DNA of 61,372 bases, the filler included, from Trichosphaerium sp. ATCC 40318 (lineage: Eukaryota; Protista; Tubulinea): the NCBI GenBank assembly GCA_038496445.1. It is 3 parts of 3 records of this genome, joined end to end, with 100 filler letters (N's around TTAATTAATTAA, not from the genome) between each part and the next. Parts side by side here need not be neighbours in the genome. Positions count along the whole stretch, not along the records: positions 37,497 to 61,372 come from JALMLS010000425.1; 2 more parts are not named here. One strand, given 5' to 3'. The position numbers and the translations under genes were made by a program. Shown here piece by piece: positions 58,345 to 61,372 of the stretch. The first letter of the stretch is position 1; each line of letters starts with the position of its first letter. The notes beneath the pieces were generated by a model. It had not been told where the DNA came from and made no database searches. It saw nothing but the letters and a program-made list of their open reading frames with translations.

Positions 58345-59485
58345 ATGAGCGATAGTAATACAAGTGAATCTTCCTTAAACGAACGCAAACAAGACTCAAC
58401 ATTGCTTTGTTTACCACTAGAGATCCAACATATGATTTTAAACACAGATTACTACGCCTTTATCAATTGGCCTCTTCTTTGTTTTCAAGCGGCGGAAACG
58501 AGCAGATTTAATGCAAATATGGACAAACACGGAACGTTTAGAAAATTCATGGCCGATGGAGCGAAACACGTTGAAACCAAGTTCAAAAATGGTACCACAG
58601 CTGGTTGGGAGCGTAAGTGGCACCCAAACGGCCAATTAGCAGTCGAACGGTACAACAGACATGGTAAAAGAAGAAACAAAGGCTATCTCTATCACTACTG
58701 TAAATGGTATCCATCTGGAGCTAAATACAAGGAAGGGTTCTACAAACAGGGCGTAAAACATGGCAGATTCTCAGTTTTTCAAGCAAATGGATCATTGAGA
58801 ACAACAGGAATTTACAACAAAGGTAGAAAGAATGGTGAATTTTTGACTTACTCAGTGCATGATGGACAGATTCTAGAGTCTTGCTTTTACAAACAAGGTC
58901 AAAAAGACGGGTTATTGACCGTTTATAGTCATTGATAGTTATCAAATGAAGGAAGGAAGGATTTGTGGAGAGTGCAAGAAAATTAGGAAAAAAACCAATC
59001 AACTTGTTGTCCATTGTTTTGCAATGAACACAGGTTGTTGCCATGAAAATGTCCATAGATTTCAACTATACCATGGAGAGTATAAGAAATATGATGATTC
59101 AGGTAATCTAAGGAAGCATTGTTGGTTTAACAAGGGTGAGCCTGAAGGAGACTATATTTTATACAGATATGGCTTAATGAAAGTCAAGTATTCCTACAAG
59201 TGTTTTGTTGATACACCTGGTTATATACCACGTGCAAAAAATCATCGTAAACAATACTATAATAGGACTACTAGTGTTAGACATGGCGAGTATAAGCTTT
59301 GGTATGAAAATGGTCAACTTCAAGAACACTGCTTTTTTAAAGACAGATTAAAGCATGGAGAGTATAAAGTTTGGTATCGTAATGGGCAGTTACAAATCCA
59401 TTGTTTCTATGTTAAAGGTATAGAAAAAGGTGAATATAAAAGTTGGAACCAAGATGGTGTATTAGCTCAACATAGCTTTCTTTGA
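58345..59485 (+). pseudogene. F-box-like plus MORN-variant repeat gene split by a frameshift near 58930
   Basis: LLCLPLEIQHMIL and MORN-variant repeats continue across ORFs 58345-58935 and 58946-59485. Paralogue of 45099-45740. Confidence 0.75.
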
Positions 59486-60483
59486 ACCTTGGAAAATGTA
59501 ACAAAAAGGGTAGCCTTGGAAACATCATTTTGTTTAAAATCTTATGGAAAGCAAGACAGTGCACGTTTTATCCCACGTGCAGAGCCATTATAGAATCTTG
59601 TATCAAATAGTACATAATCTTGCGTTTTTTTTTGTTGTACATGTTGTGCTTAGTTTTCGTCAATGGTAAAAAGTAAGGAGTACCTTAAATCAACACGTGA
59701 ACGAGGTAAAGAAAAATATGTCGTGGTTTCCTTGGATTGTTGGAACATCGATTTCAAGTTCTGCCTTGTATGAGGTCTATAATGCTCTGTACTTGGTTTA
59801 GTAATTGTTGTTCTCCTTTAATTTCATTGTATACTTCCGCATTGGTGTTGGAGAAATAATGCCTATTCTGTTAAGGATTTTCTGTATCCTGAAGTTGCTC
59901 GTTCATTAAACACGATAAAACAAAAGAATAAAATAAGAAACGACGTCCACAATAAGTTAAACTAAACAGAATCTAGCTTTAGTTACGTGGCCTGCTCCAA
60001 AGCTATTATTTTTGTACCTTCTCCAGACCACTAAATATAAAGGTATACAATGCAAATATAACCAATTTATCTAATAGCGTAAACGTTGTCTCAGTCTTGA
60101 AATAAAAGTTCAAAAAAAACAGTTCAAGTCTGTCAGAAATCTGCTTGTGTAATCTCCTCTGAGTTACATCTCTTAATTGGCGTTATAGTAACCATTCCTT
60201 GGCGGTGAGCGTTATTCTATGCACTGGCTGACACCCTCAACAAAAATAGAATTCAGCAAAAAAAAGTAGAATAAAAACACAACATGGCTGTTGACTATCA
60301 CGGGATGTAGCTTTACAGCACGTGATCAGTGTAGGTTAAATTTGATTTTGTTTGAAGACCAATAATTAAGAAACTTGCCGGCACGTGATAGTCAACAAAA
60401 ATGTTTTGTTTTTTCACATTCTGGTCTACCTTTTTTTTTTGTGCTAATTTCTATTTTTGTTGAGGACACAAGAGAGCCACAAA

Positions 60484-61256
60484 ATGATGGCTATACATAA
60501 AATAGTAGTACTAGGAGAAGGCGGGGTTGGAAAATCGTCAGTTATCTTACAATTAGTAACAAGCAAGTTTGTTCAAGACTGCGACCCTACATTGGAAGAC
60601 TCGTACGCGTTTTAAATCATTTTACGCAAATTATAGTGTATTCGATTGTAATAGGCCAAAAGAAAGCTAAAACCTCTCTCAGGTACCGCCACATGTGTGT
60701 TATTGATGAAAAACCTGTTATGTTGGATATTCTAGACGCAACGGGCAGAGGCGAGTTTTCTGCACTTCGTGATCAAGTACGTAAACAAACTGTACTTGGG
60801 AAGTGTCATTCTAAAACAATGTGACCAGTGGATATCTGAAGCCGAAGGATTCTTGATTATTTATTCTATCACAAGCCGTGAGTCATTTGAGCAGGCACCA
60901 CAGTTTTTAAATAAGGTCTTAAGGTAAGAGGAAGCACGTGAACAACGACAAAAGTTTCCTTTCTTTTTTTTTTGATTGAAACATAAAAAAGTTATTTTCA
61001 AAGAATTGAACAGTACTCAACGTCTTACTTGTTTTTTTGAAGGTTGAAAGATGCTGAATCAATTCCTGTTGTATTAGTAGGTAATAAAGCTGATTTAACC
61101 GAAACAGATAGAAAAGTTGGTGAAGACAAAGGACAAGAACTAGCAAAAAAATACGGCATACCTTTTTTTGAGACTTCAGCTAAAACACGTGTCAATGTTG
61201 TAGAAGCGTTTTATGAACTTGTGAGAGAGATACGAACTAGAAATGTATCTAAATAA
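60484..61256 (+). CDS. Ras-family small GTPase (4 exons) with atypical switch II and no CAAX box
   Basis: [45 protein letters not shown] and ETSAK; ends ...[10 protein letters not shown]. Confidence 0.93.
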
Positions 61257-61372
61257 AAAAAACGGTCGTGAGTGATCACAGCCTGCAATTGTAAGCGATA
61301 GCAGTGCTACAAAAACGACTTCACCAGGGCTTAGCCAAAATCACTGCAACACCTGCGCTAACTCAGGCACAA

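Overview
AT-rich, intron-dense nuclear DNA from a unicellular eukaryote. It looks amoebozoan-like (short GT-AG introns with CTAAC branch points, TTAGGG telomeric repeats, a cAMP-receptor-like GPCR), but the species cannot be identified from this window. Two artificial 100-nt spacers (N-TTAATTAATTAA-N at 18698-18797 and 37397-37496) split the window into three contigs whose adjacency is not guaranteed. Contig 1 is a subtelomere-like mosaic. It holds an inverted duplication of a ZZ-ZZ-GNAT / SAM-LRR gene pair, a truncated Ty3/gypsy element and TA-CAGTA transposon ends. It also has chains of non-coding repeat modules joined by short (TTAGGG)n seeds, and a spliced ParB-like gene whose introns each carry the same 18-bp palindrome. 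Contig 2 holds ordinary host genes with unusual architectures: a GPCR head-to-head with a G-alpha-BTB fusion, tRNA-Arg(UCG), a MORN-SAM gene, a Piwi lacking its slicer residues, and an ankyrin-GAF-glutamate dehydrogenase fusion. Contig 3 holds intronless F-box-LRR and F-box-MORN genes and a spliced I-PpoI-like His-Cys-box nuclease gene followed by a TTAGGG seed. It also has a 7TM protein, an extensively base-paired ~560-nt intergenic RNA candidate, and a Ras with Q61R/A59T and no CAAX box. Exon models were spliced by hand and domain calls come from motif recognition, not database searches.
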